DNA from: Spirulina sp.
GTDB taxonomy: Bacteria; Cyanobacteriota; Cyanobacteriia; Phormidesmidales; Phormidesmidaceae
Length of the DNA: 64,000 bases
Direction: 5' to 3'
Assembly (NCBI GenBank): GCA_044070495.1
Contig: JBIPSI010000021.1
Span: 1-64,000 of the forward strand
Below the pieces are notes generated by a model. That model was given only the letters and a program-made list of their open reading frames with translations. It was not told where the DNA came from and searched no databases. Both the position numbers and the translations under genes were made by a program. Of this stretch, positions 21,193 to 31,253 are shown one piece after another (positions within the stretch are counted from its first letter, which is position 1; every line of letters starts with the position of its first letter).

Positions 21193-23148
21193 CTAGGGGC
21201 GCTGGATGGTGACTTCTGCGGCCCGACGCTTGGCCTTGGGATCCACAGCCACGAGGCGCACATACTCGCCCTGATGTGCCCGCAGTTGGCCATCAATGGC
21301 GGCAAGCAGATCCGATACGCGGCTGCCTTCTAGGGTGGCGCAGGTCTTCCAGACGTTGCTGCGGTAGCGACGCTGGTCAGCAGCCTCCAGGCTGAGACGA
21401 TAGCCCTGGTTGACGAACTGGTTCACCTGCTGCGCCACGTCTTGACTCAGCCCTTGACCACCGCCACGGCTGGCAGGGGTAGGAGCAGAGGCTTGAGGGG
21501 CAGAGTAGGACGCTACCGGAACGCTGGGGCCGGATGCGGGGGCGGTTCCAGGGCGTTGCACTGTCACTTCAGGGCCACGGCGCTTGGCTTTGGGGTCGAT
21601 GCCGAAGATACGCACATACTCGTTGGGGTAGGCCGCCATACATTGGGACACCGCCGCCAGTACCTCGTTCTCGCGGTTGGAGGTAATGGGGGCGCAGGTT
21701 TGCCACACGCCACTGCGGTAGCGACGGGTATCGGCGTGTTCTGCGCCAATGTGATAGCCCTGACCGATCAGTTGCCGGACTTGCTGGGCGAGGTCACCAC
21801 TGAGGTTGGCAGAACCACCAGAAGCCGGACGCTGGCCCACGGAACGGCCAAAGCCTGTCCCCGCCGGAACCGAAGCGGCACTGACAGGCTTGCCATCGGG
21901 ACGCTGAATGGTGATGGGGGCAATGCGCTGGTTGGCGCGGGGGTCAATGCCGAACAGACGCACGTATTCCCCGGCGTGGTCGGCCAAACAAGCTTCCAGG
22001 GCAGCAATCACGTCACCCTCATGGTTAGAGGTGATGGGGGTGCAGGTTTGCCACACACCGCTGCGATAGCGACGGCCATCGGCGTGTTCGGTGCCAATGC
22101 GGTAGCCCTGGCTGAGAAACTGACGCACCTGCTGCACCACCTCAGCGGACAGAGATCCCGATGCCACCGCTGCTGGACGATAGGCTTGGCTAGCCCCATT
22201 GGACACCGCAGGTACAGACCCGTTCACCTCAATGGCTTTACCATCGGGCCGCTGAATCGTCACTGGAGCAACCCGTTGCTTAGCCTTAGGGTCGATGCCA
22301 AACATCCGCACATACTCGCCCCGGTGTTCCGCCAGACAGGCTTCTAGGGCCGCAAAGGCTTCTCCTTCGCGACTAGACGTGATCGGACTACAGGTTTGCC
22401 ACACACCACTGCGGTAGCGGCGATTATCGGCGTGTTCGGTGCCAATACGCAGACCTTGGGCCAAATACTGGCGCACCCGCTGCACAACATCGGGGGAAAG
22501 CTGTTGAGATTGCATAGTACCTAATCCATCGCGTTCGTTTAAGTTGGAGCCAGCTAAGTTAGAGCTAGTTGCAGCCGAGGGGGGCTGAGCCGATAAAGCA
22601 TTTAAATCAGCGGGGGCGGGGCCGTAGCCCAGCAGTTCCCGCACCAAAGCGAGGTCTTGGGGGCTAACGTCCGGCAAACCATCGGCCTGACTTTGGCGAG
22701 TAATCACCGAACCCGACGGCACCAGCTTGCCGGGGGGCACCTCCACATCCTGCACCAGGGCATGCATCATCACAATGCTGTTGGCCCCCAGGCGGGCATT
22801 AAAAATCGTGGAGCGAAACCCAATGAAAACGTTGTCGCCAATGTAGGCGGGGCCTTGGATTAAAACCCGGTGGGTGAGGGTGGCCCCTTGGCCAATCCAG
22901 ACGGTGTAGGGCCGCTGATCATCGCCCAGCACCTTGGCCTGACCCAGACCATAAACGGTTACCCCCTCTTGGATAACCGTGCGAGAACCCACCACACAGG
23001 TTGCCCCCTCCTGAGTCCGCAAGACAGCGCTAGGGGCAATGACGACCCCCTGGCCCAGACGCACATCGCCTGTGGATTCAAATCTGGAGAAAGCTCCCTC
23101 CGGGGTGACATCCGACACACGGGACGCCGCCAACGTGCTGACCGTCAT
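21193..23148 (-). CDS. ccmM: Carboxysome protein CcmM (gamma-CA-like domain plus four RbcS-like repeats); possible internal start at ATG 22515
   Basis: FIGFRSTIFNAR, MMHALVQDVE; four SSUL repeats with RRYRS.VW..GEYVR..IDPKAK-type motifs. Confidence 0.95.
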   Translation of the reverse strand: MTVSTLAASRVSDVTPEGAFSRFESTGDVRLGQGVVIAPSAVLRTQEGATCVVGSRTVIQEGVTVYGLGQAKVLGDDQRPYTVWIGQGATLTHRVLIQGPAYIGDNVFIGFRSTIFNARLGANSIVMMHALVQDVEVPPGKLVPSGSVITRQSQADGLPDVSPQDLALVRELLGYGPAPADLNALSAQPPSAATSSNLAGSNLNERDGLGTMQSQQLSPDVVQRVRQYLAQGLRIGTEHADNRRYRSGVWQTCSPITSSREGEAFAALEACLAEHRGEYVRMFGIDPKAKQRVAPVTIQRPDGKAIEVNGSVPAVSNGASQAYRPAAVASGSLSAEVVQQVRQFLSQGYRIGTEHADGRRYRSGVWQTCTPITSNHEGDVIAALEACLADHAGEYVRLFGIDPRANQRIAPITIQRPDGKPVSAASVPAGTGFGRSVGQRPASGGSANLSGDLAQQVRQLIGQGYHIGAEHADTRRYRSGVWQTCAPITSNRENEVLAAVSQCMAAYPNEYVRIFGIDPKAKRRGPEVTVQRPGTAPASGPSVPVASYSAPQASAPTPASRGGGQGLSQDVAQQVNQFVNQGYRLSLEAADQRRYRSNVWKTCATLEGSRVSDLLAAIDGQLRAHQGEYVRLVAVDPKAKRRAAEVTIQRP

Positions 23149-23262
23149 GATCCAAGTCTCCAAAAAAATCAGCGCCCTTGCCCAGGGACACGCTAGCCTG
23201 GATAGGCAATGCCCAGAGCGGTTTCCCAACCCTGGACAGTTGCCGTAGCAGCTTGGCTACCC

Positions 23263-23565
23263 CTAGCTAAAGTCGTGCCGTTTGTCGTAGAGGGCACCGC
23301 TATCGAGGCTGACGGTATCGACAATGGCAATCACCGCTGCATCCACCGGACGCCCTTCATAGCCAGGGTGTTGACGCGCACCGCTACCCTGGGTAATCAG
23401 AACCCACTCGCCTGTGCCTGCGCCCACCACATCCGCCGCCACGGTGTAATCCGGGAGCAAGTCCCCCGTTTCGCTGATGAGCTGCACCAGCAAAAACTTC
23501 ACACCGCTAAGGCTGGGTTCTTTGCAGGTGCTAACCACCGTGCCACGCACCTTAGCCAAGAGCAT
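23263..23565 (-). CDS. ccmL: Carboxysome vertex protein CcmL
   Basis: AKVRGTVVST.K, VAADVVGAG..EWVL..GSGAR, DAAVIAIVD. Confidence 0.96.
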   Translation of the reverse strand: MLLAKVRGTVVSTCKEPSLSGVKFLLVQLISETGDLLPDYTVAADVVGAGTGEWVLITQGSGARQHPGYEGRPVDAAVIAIVDTVSLDSGALYDKRHDFS

Positions 23566-23572
23566 GGCCTAC

Positions 23573-23911
23573 CTATCTGCCGTAGGGACGAATACCGCTG
23601 ACGCTCTCGCGGAACTGTTCTACCGCTTCGGTGTAGCGAATGGGCAGCACAAACTCTAGGTTTTCGTGGGGGCGCGCGATAATGTGGGTGGACAGCACTT
23701 GACCCCCGTTCACGCGCTTCACATTTTCAACCCCAGCGGCCACGGAGGCTTGCACCTCAGATACATCGCCGCGCACAATCACGGTGACACGACCGCTACC
23801 AATTTTTTCGTAGCCGACGAGGGTGACGCGAGCGGCTTTCACCATCGCATCAGCGGCTTCAACCACTGCCGGGAAACCCAGCGTTTCTACCATACCAACT
23901 GCAATTGCCAT
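23573..23911 (-). CDS. ccmK1: Carboxysome shell protein CcmK1
   Basis: [29 protein letters not shown] with C-terminal extension. Confidence 0.93.
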   Translation of the reverse strand: MAIAVGMVETLGFPAVVEAADAMVKAARVTLVGYEKIGSGRVTVIVRGDVSEVQASVAAGVENVKRVNGGQVLSTHIIARPHENLEFVLPIRYTEAVEQFRESVSGIRPYGR

Positions 23912-24080
23912 GCTTGTAAGCCCTTCCTTAAGTTTGTACTGTTTACTAGCTGTGTGCGTAACCTGTGCAGCCCGTAGCTGCACGTTATTAAAATTCGAGT
24001 TAAGCTCAAAAACCGTTCACCCATTCCTGACCTCAGGCCGCAGATTTTAAGGTGAAGGTCTACGAAACTCGGTGCCGATC

Positions 24081-24389
24081 TTAGGTTCGGAACTGCTCCA
24101 CAGCCTCGGTGTAGCGGATGGGCAACACAAACTCAAGGTTTTCGTGGGGACGAGCAATGATGTGGGTAGACAGCACTTCGCCACCGTTGACGCGCTTGGC
24201 GGATTCCACCCCAGCGGATACGGAGGCTTGCACCTCAGACACATCGCCGCGCACGATCACGGTCACGCGACCGCTACCAATTTTCTCGTAGCCCACCAGG
24301 GTTACACGGGCGGCTTTCACCATGGCGTCAGCCGCTTCCACGACAGCCGGGAAACCCAGGGTTTCAATCATTCCAACAGCAATTGGCAT
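24081..24389 (-). CDS. ccmK2: Carboxysome shell protein CcmK2
   Basis: [29 protein letters not shown], 102 aa, first gene of the operon. Confidence 0.95.
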   Translation of the reverse strand: MPIAVGMIETLGFPAVVEAADAMVKAARVTLVGYEKIGSGRVTVIVRGDVSEVQASVSAGVESAKRVNGGEVLSTHIIARPHENLEFVLPIRYTEAVEQFRT

Positions 24390-25098
24390 TGTCGTAATCT
24401 CCTTGTTAAATCTAGACCTACCTCATCCCGTCCCGCCCTAGCTCAGCTATCCGCAGGCAGCACGAACAATCCCGAAGTCTAAAGAAACGGGACTTGTCCA
24501 ACACTTTGAAGACGAAAAGACCTGATTTCTCTTTGATGACAACCTAAGCATAGGTGTCGGTTGGCACTTTTGCAATATAAGCCTCAATGATTGTTGCTAA
24601 TGTTGAGTATTATTAAAGCTTATTCCCAAAAGCCCCACAGAATAGGGGATTGGACTCCCTCGGCAGGGTGAGTCCTCACCACCATTACAGGTCTTCCGCT
24701 AGGGCCAGTAGGGCATCCTGATCGGCCTTAAATCGACCGCCGCCGAGGGGGCTGCGCCCAGCATTTCTCTTTCGTGTTCATTGATTTTAATCTATTGCTT
24801 GTGGCGTCAGGCGTTATCTCGGTGGGGCTTCACGAATCGGGTACGATGAGGGCTAAATAGGGGTTGACACAGTCTTTCTGTTGCGGCCTCGTAGCGGATG
24901 CATGGACGAGTGATCAAGGGGCCGAATCAGCCCTTCCGGCATGACCCCATTCACATATCTTAATGGTGCGATGGCCGCGAATTCGTCAGGCTGGAAGGGA
25001 TAGGTCTGCGGTGACGGACGCTTGTCCTGGATTCGTGGCAACGCTGGGAAAAATGGGTAGCCTGTCGCAGATGTTTTAGGCGAGGTAGTGACAGATTT

Positions 25099-26934
25099 AT
25101 GAACCAAATGTGGGTGGAGACAAGTTGGCTGCTGCCGATCTATGGGCTGCTGGGGGTAGTGTTGGCTCTGCCTTGGTCAATGGGCTTTATCCGCCGCACG
25201 GGGCCAAGGCCAGCGGCCTACCTCAACATTGCCATGACGCTGTTGGCCTTTGTCCATGGCCTGTTGGTGTTCCAGGGCATTTGGAATGAGGGTTCCCAGG
25301 AATTGATTTTCTCCTGGTTCAAATTTGCCGACCTACATTTGGAACTGGCCTTTGATATCTCGGTGCTGAACCTAGGGGCACTGGAACTGATTACCTTCCT
25401 CAGTTTGCTGGCCCAGGTGTTTGGCCTGGGGTATTTGGAGAAAGACTGGGCCTTGGCCCGGTTCTATTCCCTGATGGGCTTCTTTGAAGCGGCCATGAGC
25501 GGCCTGGTGCTGAGTGGGTCGCTGTTTGTTTCCTACTCGCTGCTGGAGATGCTGACCCTGTCTACCTATCTGCTGGTGGGTTTTTGGTATGCCCAGCCCC
25601 TGGTGGTGACGGCTGCCCGCGATGCCTTTTTAACCAAGCGTATCGGCGATGTGCTGCTGCTGATGGGTGTCGTGGCCCTAGCCGCCATGGCGGGTAGCCT
25701 GAACTTTAACGACCTCTATGAGTGGGTGAAAACCGAGACTCTTTCGCCCCTGGTGGGCACGCTGCTGGGGCTGGCGCTGATTGCGGGGCCGATTGGCAAG
25801 TGCGCCCAGTTTCCACTACACCTATGGCTGGATGAGGCGATGGAAGGGCCCAACCCGGCCTCGATTCTGCGAAATTCCGTCGTCGTCACCTGCGGAGCCT
25901 ACGTGCTGATTCGCCTTCAGCCGATTGTGGTGCTGTCGCCTGTGACCTTGGGAGTGCTGATTGCCCTGGGCAGCATTACCGCTATTGGTGGCTCCCTGGT
26001 GGCCCTGGCCCAGATTGACCTGAAGCGGACGCTGTCCTACTCCACTAGCGCTTATTTGGGGCTGGTGTTTGTGGCGGTAGGGACGGAATGGCCCGGAGTG
26101 GCGATTACCCTGTTGCTTACCCATGCGGTGGCCAAGGCGCTGCTATTTATGGGCGTGGGCAGCATCATCACCACCACCACCAGCCAAAACCTCACGGAAA
26201 TGGGTGGGCTGTGGTCACGGATGCCTGCTACCACCTTGGCCTTTGTGATTGGATCCCTGGGCATGGTGGGTATCTTTCCCCTGGGCTGCTTCTGGGGTCT
26301 GCGCATGGGGGCGGATTTCCTCAGCCAGAGTTCGCCCCTGCTGGCCTTGGTGTTCCTGCTGGTCAATGGCCTGACGGCCTTGAACTTAACCCGCGTATTC
26401 CGCCTGGTGTTTTTGGGACAAGCCCAACCCAAAACCCGCCGTGCCCCAGAGGTGCCCTGGCCGATGGCGGTGCCGATGGTATCGCTATCTATCGTGACCC
26501 TTTTGGTACCCGTGATGATGGCCCGGATGTCGCTGTTGCCGCCTGTGGAGTATTTGAACCTGCCAGTGACATTGCTGCTGGTGGCCTTTGGGGTGGCGGG
26601 GGTCGCCCTTGGGGCGGTGATTCCCCTGTCTAAGTCGCTGTCACGGTCGCGCAACCGCCCGGTACGGATTTTGCAAGACCTGCTGGCCTACGATTTCTAT
26701 ACCGAACGGCTCTATGCCAACACCGTTGTCGCTGCCGTGGGTGGCCTGTCGCGCTTCAGCAATTGGTTTGACCGCTACGTGGTGGATGGCTTGGTGAATG
26801 CCGTGGGGCTGGCTTCTCTTTTGGGTGGAGAAAGCCTGAAATACAGCATTTCTGGCCAATCTCAACTGTATTTGTTCACCATCATGGCCGGGGTGGGCCT
26901 GATTGGCGTTTTCATGACCTGGAGCCTGTGGTAG
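25099..26934 (+). CDS. ndhF4: NDH-1 CO2-uptake subunit NdhF4
   Basis: RRTGPRPAAY, QFPLHLWLDEAMEGP; clustered with ndhD and cupB. Confidence 0.9.
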   Translation: MNQMWVETSWLLPIYGLLGVVLALPWSMGFIRRTGPRPAAYLNIAMTLLAFVHGLLVFQGIWNEGSQELIFSWFKFADLHLELAFDISVLNLGALELITFLSLLAQVFGLGYLEKDWALARFYSLMGFFEAAMSGLVLSGSLFVSYSLLEMLTLSTYLLVGFWYAQPLVVTAARDAFLTKRIGDVLLLMGVVALAAMAGSLNFNDLYEWVKTETLSPLVGTLLGLALIAGPIGKCAQFPLHLWLDEAMEGPNPASILRNSVVVTCGAYVLIRLQPIVVLSPVTLGVLIALGSITAIGGSLVALAQIDLKRTLSYSTSAYLGLVFVAVGTEWPGVAITLLLTHAVAKALLFMGVGSIITTTTSQNLTEMGGLWSRMPATTLAFVIGSLGMVGIFPLGCFWGLRMGADFLSQSSPLLALVFLLVNGLTALNLTRVFRLVFLGQAQPKTRRAPEVPWPMAVPMVSLSIVTLLVPVMMARMSLLPPVEYLNLPVTLLLVAFGVAGVALGAVIPLSKSLSRSRNRPVRILQDLLAYDFYTERLYANTVVAAVGGLSRFSNWFDRYVVDGLVNAVGLASLLGGESLKYSISGQSQLYLFTIMAGVGLIGVFMTWSLW

Positions 26935-26936
26935 CT

Positions 26937-28565
26937 ATGCTAAGCGCACTGATTCTGATTCCATTATTGGGGGCCTTAGCGGTTATCCTTTGGCCTGGGA
27001 AAATTACGGCCTTTATCGCCAAACTGGTCAGCGGCCTAACGATTGGGTTGACCCTAGTGGGGGTTGTGTTTTTGGCGACCCAGTTTGAAATCACCACACC
27101 GGGCTTTCAGTTTGAAGAACTGCTGCCCTGGGTGGAACCGCTGGGGCTGAGCTATCGCCTGGGGCTGGATGGCCTCTCCCTCCCTTTGCTGGCGGTGAAT
27201 AGCCTGCTGGGAATTGTCGCCATCTACATCAGTGACCCCCACCTGCACCGACCTCGGCTGTACTATGCGCTGATCTTGGTGATCAACAGTGCGGTGGCGG
27301 GGGCCTTCCTCTCGGCCAACCTGCTGCTGTTCTTTATCTTTTATGAATTAGAACTCATCCCCCTGTATCTGCTGATCGCCATCTGGGGCGGGGCACGGCG
27401 GGGCTATGCGGCAACGAAGTTCTTGATCTATACGGCCCTATCGGGGATTTTGATCCTGGGCGCTTTCCTGGGCCTAGTGTGGCTATCGGGCAACACCAGC
27501 TTCGACTACGACAGCGGTTTGGCGACTGCGTTACCCTTGGCCCAGCAAATCACCCTACTGGTGGCGCTGCTGATTGGCTTTGGCATCAAAGTCCCCCTCT
27601 TTCCCTTTCATACTTGGTTGCCCGATGCCCACGTGGAGGCTTCGACCCCGGTTTCGGTGCTGCTGGCGGGGGTGCTGCTGAAGTTGGGCACCTACGGCCT
27701 AGTGCGGTTTGGTCTGGGCCTCTTCCCCGATGCCTGGATGGCCCTGGCTCCGGTGATGGCCACCTGGGCGGTAATCAGCGTCCTCTACGGTTCCCTGGCG
27801 GCCATTGCCCAGACGGACATGAAGAAAATGGTGGCCTACAGTTCCATTGGTCACATGGGCTATGTGCTACTGGCGGCGGCGGCTTCCACGCCCCTCAGCA
27901 TTGTGGGCACGGTGTTCCAAATGGTGAGCCACGGGCTGATTTCGGGGCTGCTGTTTTTGCTGGTGGGGGTGGTCTACCACACCACGGGCACCCGCGATCT
28001 CACCGTGCTGCGGGGGCTGCTGAACCCCGAACGGGGCTTGCCCTTCGTCGGTTCCCTGATGATTTTGGGGGTGATGGCCAGCGCAGGGATTCCCGGCATG
28101 GTGGGCTTTATCTCGGAATTTCTTGTATTTCGGGGCAGTTTCCTGATTTTCCCGGTACAAACCTTGCTCTGCATGGTGGGATCGGGCCTTACAGCGGTTT
28201 ACTTTCTGCTGCTGGTGAATCGCGCCTTCTTTGGACGGCTGGCGGTGGCTCTCCCCAGCACGTCGCCCCAGTTGGATGTTGACCTACCTAGCGTCACCTG
28301 GCGCGACCGCCTCCCCGCCCTCGCCCTGGCCAGCCTGATCATCGCCTTTGGCCTGCAACCCAACTGGATGGCCCGCTGGAGCGAACACACCACCCTGGCT
28401 CTGCACGAACCCTACCAAGGCTTTGTTCAGGTCAGCACCCTACGGCGGACTCCCCTGAATGAATCCCTGGTGGCCGATACCCTAATGGCTGATATCCCAG
28501 GGGTGGATGCCCCGGTCAATACCCTAGGGATGGATGTTCCGGTGATTGTCCCGGTGCTTCCCTGA
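26937..28565 (+). CDS. ndhD4: NDH-1 CO2-uptake subunit NdhD4
   Basis: FYELELIP, FPFHTWLPDAHVEAS, DMKKMVAYSSIGHM, GLLNPERGLP. Confidence 0.9.
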   Translation: MLSALILIPLLGALAVILWPGKITAFIAKLVSGLTIGLTLVGVVFLATQFEITTPGFQFEELLPWVEPLGLSYRLGLDGLSLPLLAVNSLLGIVAIYISDPHLHRPRLYYALILVINSAVAGAFLSANLLLFFIFYELELIPLYLLIAIWGGARRGYAATKFLIYTALSGILILGAFLGLVWLSGNTSFDYDSGLATALPLAQQITLLVALLIGFGIKVPLFPFHTWLPDAHVEASTPVSVLLAGVLLKLGTYGLVRFGLGLFPDAWMALAPVMATWAVISVLYGSLAAIAQTDMKKMVAYSSIGHMGYVLLAAAASTPLSIVGTVFQMVSHGLISGLLFLLVGVVYHTTGTRDLTVLRGLLNPERGLPFVGSLMILGVMASAGIPGMVGFISEFLVFRGSFLIFPVQTLLCMVGSGLTAVYFLLLVNRAFFGRLAVALPSTSPQLDVDLPSVTWRDRLPALALASLIIAFGLQPNWMARWSEHTTLALHEPYQGFVQVSTLRRTPLNESLVADTLMADIPGVDAPVNTLGMDVPVIVPVLP

Positions 28566-28621
28566 TCGTCAATCCCCCCCATCGCCACCCTTGCCGATAG
28601 CCCTGTCAAGACCTTGCCGCC

Positions 28622-29755
28622 ATGACCAACACTCTCCCTAAACCCGCGTCGGTTCATCCCCTAGAGCCGTTTATCGACCGTCTGCTGTCGGCGGATGCCC
28701 TGCTGCCCGACTCGGATACCAACGTGCTGGAGGTGGTGGGCATTCTGAAAAGCTATGGGGTGGTGCTGGATGCCTACTCGGACAACCTGATCTACATTGC
28801 CGACCACCAGTTCTTGGTGCTGTTTCCCTTCTTCAAATACTTCAATGGCGAGGTGTCCGTTGGCAAACTGCTCAAGCACTGGTGGCACGACCGCATCAAC
28901 TTTGAGTACGCCGAATACTGCATGAAGGCCATGCTTTGGCACGGTGGCGGCAAAATGGACGAGTATCTGGATTCTGAAGAATTCCTAGCCCTCTGCCGCA
29001 GGGCTACCACCGCCAAAACCAAGGCCAATCCCCTCGTTCGCAGCATCAACGCCGTATTTCCAGACTTCCTCCCTGAGCAGGTGCGCCAACTCGCCTACTA
29101 CAGCGCCCTCGGCCAATTCTGGCGGGTGATGAGCGATCTCTTCATCGACCTATCCGACGCCTACGATGCCGGAACGGTGAAAACTATCCCCGAAGTGGTC
29201 GCCTTCATTAAAGCGGGTCTGGTTGCCGCCGCCAGCAACCCCATCACCTACAGCGTTGACATCAACGGCCAAACCTACGACCTCATGCCCAAATCCGCTG
29301 GGCTAACCTTTTTGATGGATGTGGCGGTGCCCTACGTGGAGGCCGTCTTTTTTCGGGGTGCGCCCTTCTTGGGGACGGTGTCCTACAATGCCCAGGCCAA
29401 CCAAATCCCCGCCGAGCAGAGCCGATTTCAGTACGGTGCCCTCTACGCCGACCCCATCCCCGTGGGCGGTGCCGGGATTCCCCCCACCCTGCTCATGCAG
29501 GACATGCGCCACTTCCTGCCGGATTATCTGACTGAGTTCTACCTGTCCAGCGGTCGCGGTCTGGACGATGTGCGGGTGAAGATTTGCCAGAGCTTCCAAA
29601 AATCGATGTTCTGCGTTACCAGCGCCTCGTTACAAGGGCTACTGCCCCATGCCGCAGACACCACCAACCCCCAAGAACAAGCCGCCAACCGCACCTTCCT
29701 AGCCGCCTGGATGGATCGTCTCATAACTTCCCGGTTGGATATTGTGCAACTTTAA
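28622..29755 (+). CDS. cupB: CO2 hydration protein CupB (ChpX)
   Basis: HDRINFEYAEYCMKAMLWHG, GAGIPPTLLMQDMRH; 377 aa fits CupB rather than the longer CupA. Confidence 0.9.
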   Translation: MTNTLPKPASVHPLEPFIDRLLSADALLPDSDTNVLEVVGILKSYGVVLDAYSDNLIYIADHQFLVLFPFFKYFNGEVSVGKLLKHWWHDRINFEYAEYCMKAMLWHGGGKMDEYLDSEEFLALCRRATTAKTKANPLVRSINAVFPDFLPEQVRQLAYYSALGQFWRVMSDLFIDLSDAYDAGTVKTIPEVVAFIKAGLVAAASNPITYSVDINGQTYDLMPKSAGLTFLMDVAVPYVEAVFFRGAPFLGTVSYNAQANQIPAEQSRFQYGALYADPIPVGGAGIPPTLLMQDMRHFLPDYLTEFYLSSGRGLDDVRVKICQSFQKSMFCVTSASLQGLLPHAADTTNPQEQAANRTFLAAWMDRLITSRLDIVQL

Positions 29756-29861
29756 GCCCGTTGATAAAGTCCCCATGGAGAAGGCTAGGTTACGAAAGCC
29801 TGCTCGGCTACCTCCGATTCCCCGCTGGTGCATGGTGGCTCATCAAAGCGTGCAGATGAGT

Positions 29862-30713
29862 CTACTCGCCTCCTAGGTTTGGTTCACTTTTCAGTGGCAG
29901 CACCCCGCCACCCCGCTGGCAAGGCTGCTGAAAGGCGTAGATATCCTCCAGCACCTTGACCCAGCCCTGGACAAGGGAGGCCAGAATTTGGGCTCCTTTG
30001 TCGGTGGTGGCCACGGTGGGATCGCCGAGGACACCGCTCTGGCTCAAATCCTGCGTGACCCAGGCGAAGGGGAGTGCCCCTTCCATGGTGAGCCAGGTAT
30101 GGGTGGGCAAATGCCGGGGAAATTCGGCCTGGGCCTTTTCCATCCGCACCTGATCAGGCAAAATCGACAGCATTAGGCTAGTTTCGGCATCTCCAGCGTG
30201 AATGCCTAGCTCTAGCTCCTTGGGAGTGAGCAGATCCCCTGCGGCGTTGGGCACTGCCCAGACAAACAGCGGAAACACCATCAGATCCGGGTGGGCCAGG
30301 TGCAGATCACGGGCGGCAATCTCCAGCACTTGGGGCTGACCACCGTGGGCATTGATCAGCACAAACTTGCGAAATCCCGCCCGATAGACGCTTTCGGCCA
30401 CTTCGGTAATTACCCGCAGCAGGGTTTCCGCCGAAAGGGTGATGGTGCCCGGAAAATGCCAATGTTCATTGGATTTGCCGTAGCACAGAGGAGGCAAAGC
30501 GTAGGCTGGAATGGCCGGGTCTAGCTGCCCTAGGGCACCACCGAGGACGGTGGTGGCAATGGCGCTATCCACCACCAGGGGCAGGTGGGGGCCATGCTGT
30601 TCAATGGCTCCAATGGGCTGCACGATGACCACCTGATCGCGCTGGGGCATAGTTTCGATCTCCGTCCAGGTGAGATAAGGGAAAAACCGATGGGGGGGAA
30701 TGGGGCCGTGCAT
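29862..30713 (-). CDS. Creatininase family protein
   Basis: GAIEQHGPHLP, SNEHWHFPGT, NAHGG, HAGDAETS. Confidence 0.9.
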   Translation of the reverse strand: MHGPIPPHRFFPYLTWTEIETMPQRDQVVIVQPIGAIEQHGPHLPLVVDSAIATTVLGGALGQLDPAIPAYALPPLCYGKSNEHWHFPGTITLSAETLLRVITEVAESVYRAGFRKFVLINAHGGQPQVLEIAARDLHLAHPDLMVFPLFVWAVPNAAGDLLTPKELELGIHAGDAETSLMLSILPDQVRMEKAQAEFPRHLPTHTWLTMEGALPFAWVTQDLSQSGVLGDPTVATTDKGAQILASLVQGWVKVLEDIYAFQQPCQRGGGVLPLKSEPNLGGE

Positions 30714-30811
30714 CGCTCAACCTAGCGCTAGGGAGTGGTCATCCGTGGGCAACCCATCGGCAGGGAAGGGCCTGCGCCAGCGGGATTCTTCTTGTTTCCT
30801 GACATTAAGCC

Positions 30812-30846
30812 TTGACAGGCTCCAGGAAAACGGTAACAATAAATAC
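30812..30846 (+). promoter_or_regulatory. Promoter with TTGACA -35 and NtcA box GTA-N8-TAC (30833-30846) over the -10 region
   Basis: TTGACA at 30812-30817; GTAacaataaaTAC immediately upstream of the glutamine riboswitch. Confidence 0.65.
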
Positions 30847-30853
30847 AGAAACT

Positions 30854-30908
30854 ATCGTTCATCTCTAGCTTTAGAGACGGAAGTAGAGCTTAGCTCGAAG
30901 GAACGCGC
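30854..30908 (+). ncRNA. Glutamine riboswitch (glnA RNA motif)
   Basis: ATCGTTCA-tctcta..tagaga-CGGAAGTA-gagct..agctc-GAAGGAACGC: P1 CGTTC/GAACG, two short stems and the conserved core. Confidence 0.88.
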
Positions 30909-30949
30909 CTCTGTTTATCCCCTTCAATTCATTTAAGGAGAGGCGAATT

Positions 30950-31120
30950 ATGTCCCTAATGTATCGCGGTGTTGCCTACAATCCAGTTCAATCAGCGGTT
31001 ACCGTGTCCGATGAAGTGATCGGTCGTTATCGTGGTGCCGTGGCCACTCGCCACCTGGCCAAAGGGGTCAAGGTTGACCACGCCCAAGGTCTCAAGTATC
31101 GCGGGGCGGTGGTTAGGTAG
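30950..31120 (+). CDS. DUF4278-family small protein, 56 aa (not in ORF track)
   Basis: MSLMYRGVAYN..IGRYRGA..LKYRGAVVR with three YRG motifs; AAGGAG RBS; directly under the riboswitch. Confidence 0.85.
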   Translation: MSLMYRGVAYNPVQSAVTVSDEVIGRYRGAVATRHLAKGVKVDHAQGLKYRGAVVR

Positions 31121-31189
31121 GCTTTTGTCCGGCCATTTCCCTTGGCCTCCTAGATTGAAAATCTTGAGGTCGCTCGCAGTATCTCGTTC

Positions 31190-31217
31190 AAGCACTCCCC
31201 AGGGGGTGCTTTTTTTG
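31190..31217 (+). terminator. Rho-independent terminator
   Basis: AGCACTCC..GGGGTGCT stem followed by a T run. Confidence 0.7.
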
Positions 31218-31253
31218 CGATAGGCTTGAAGGCATCCTCCTTGGCGGTATGAC

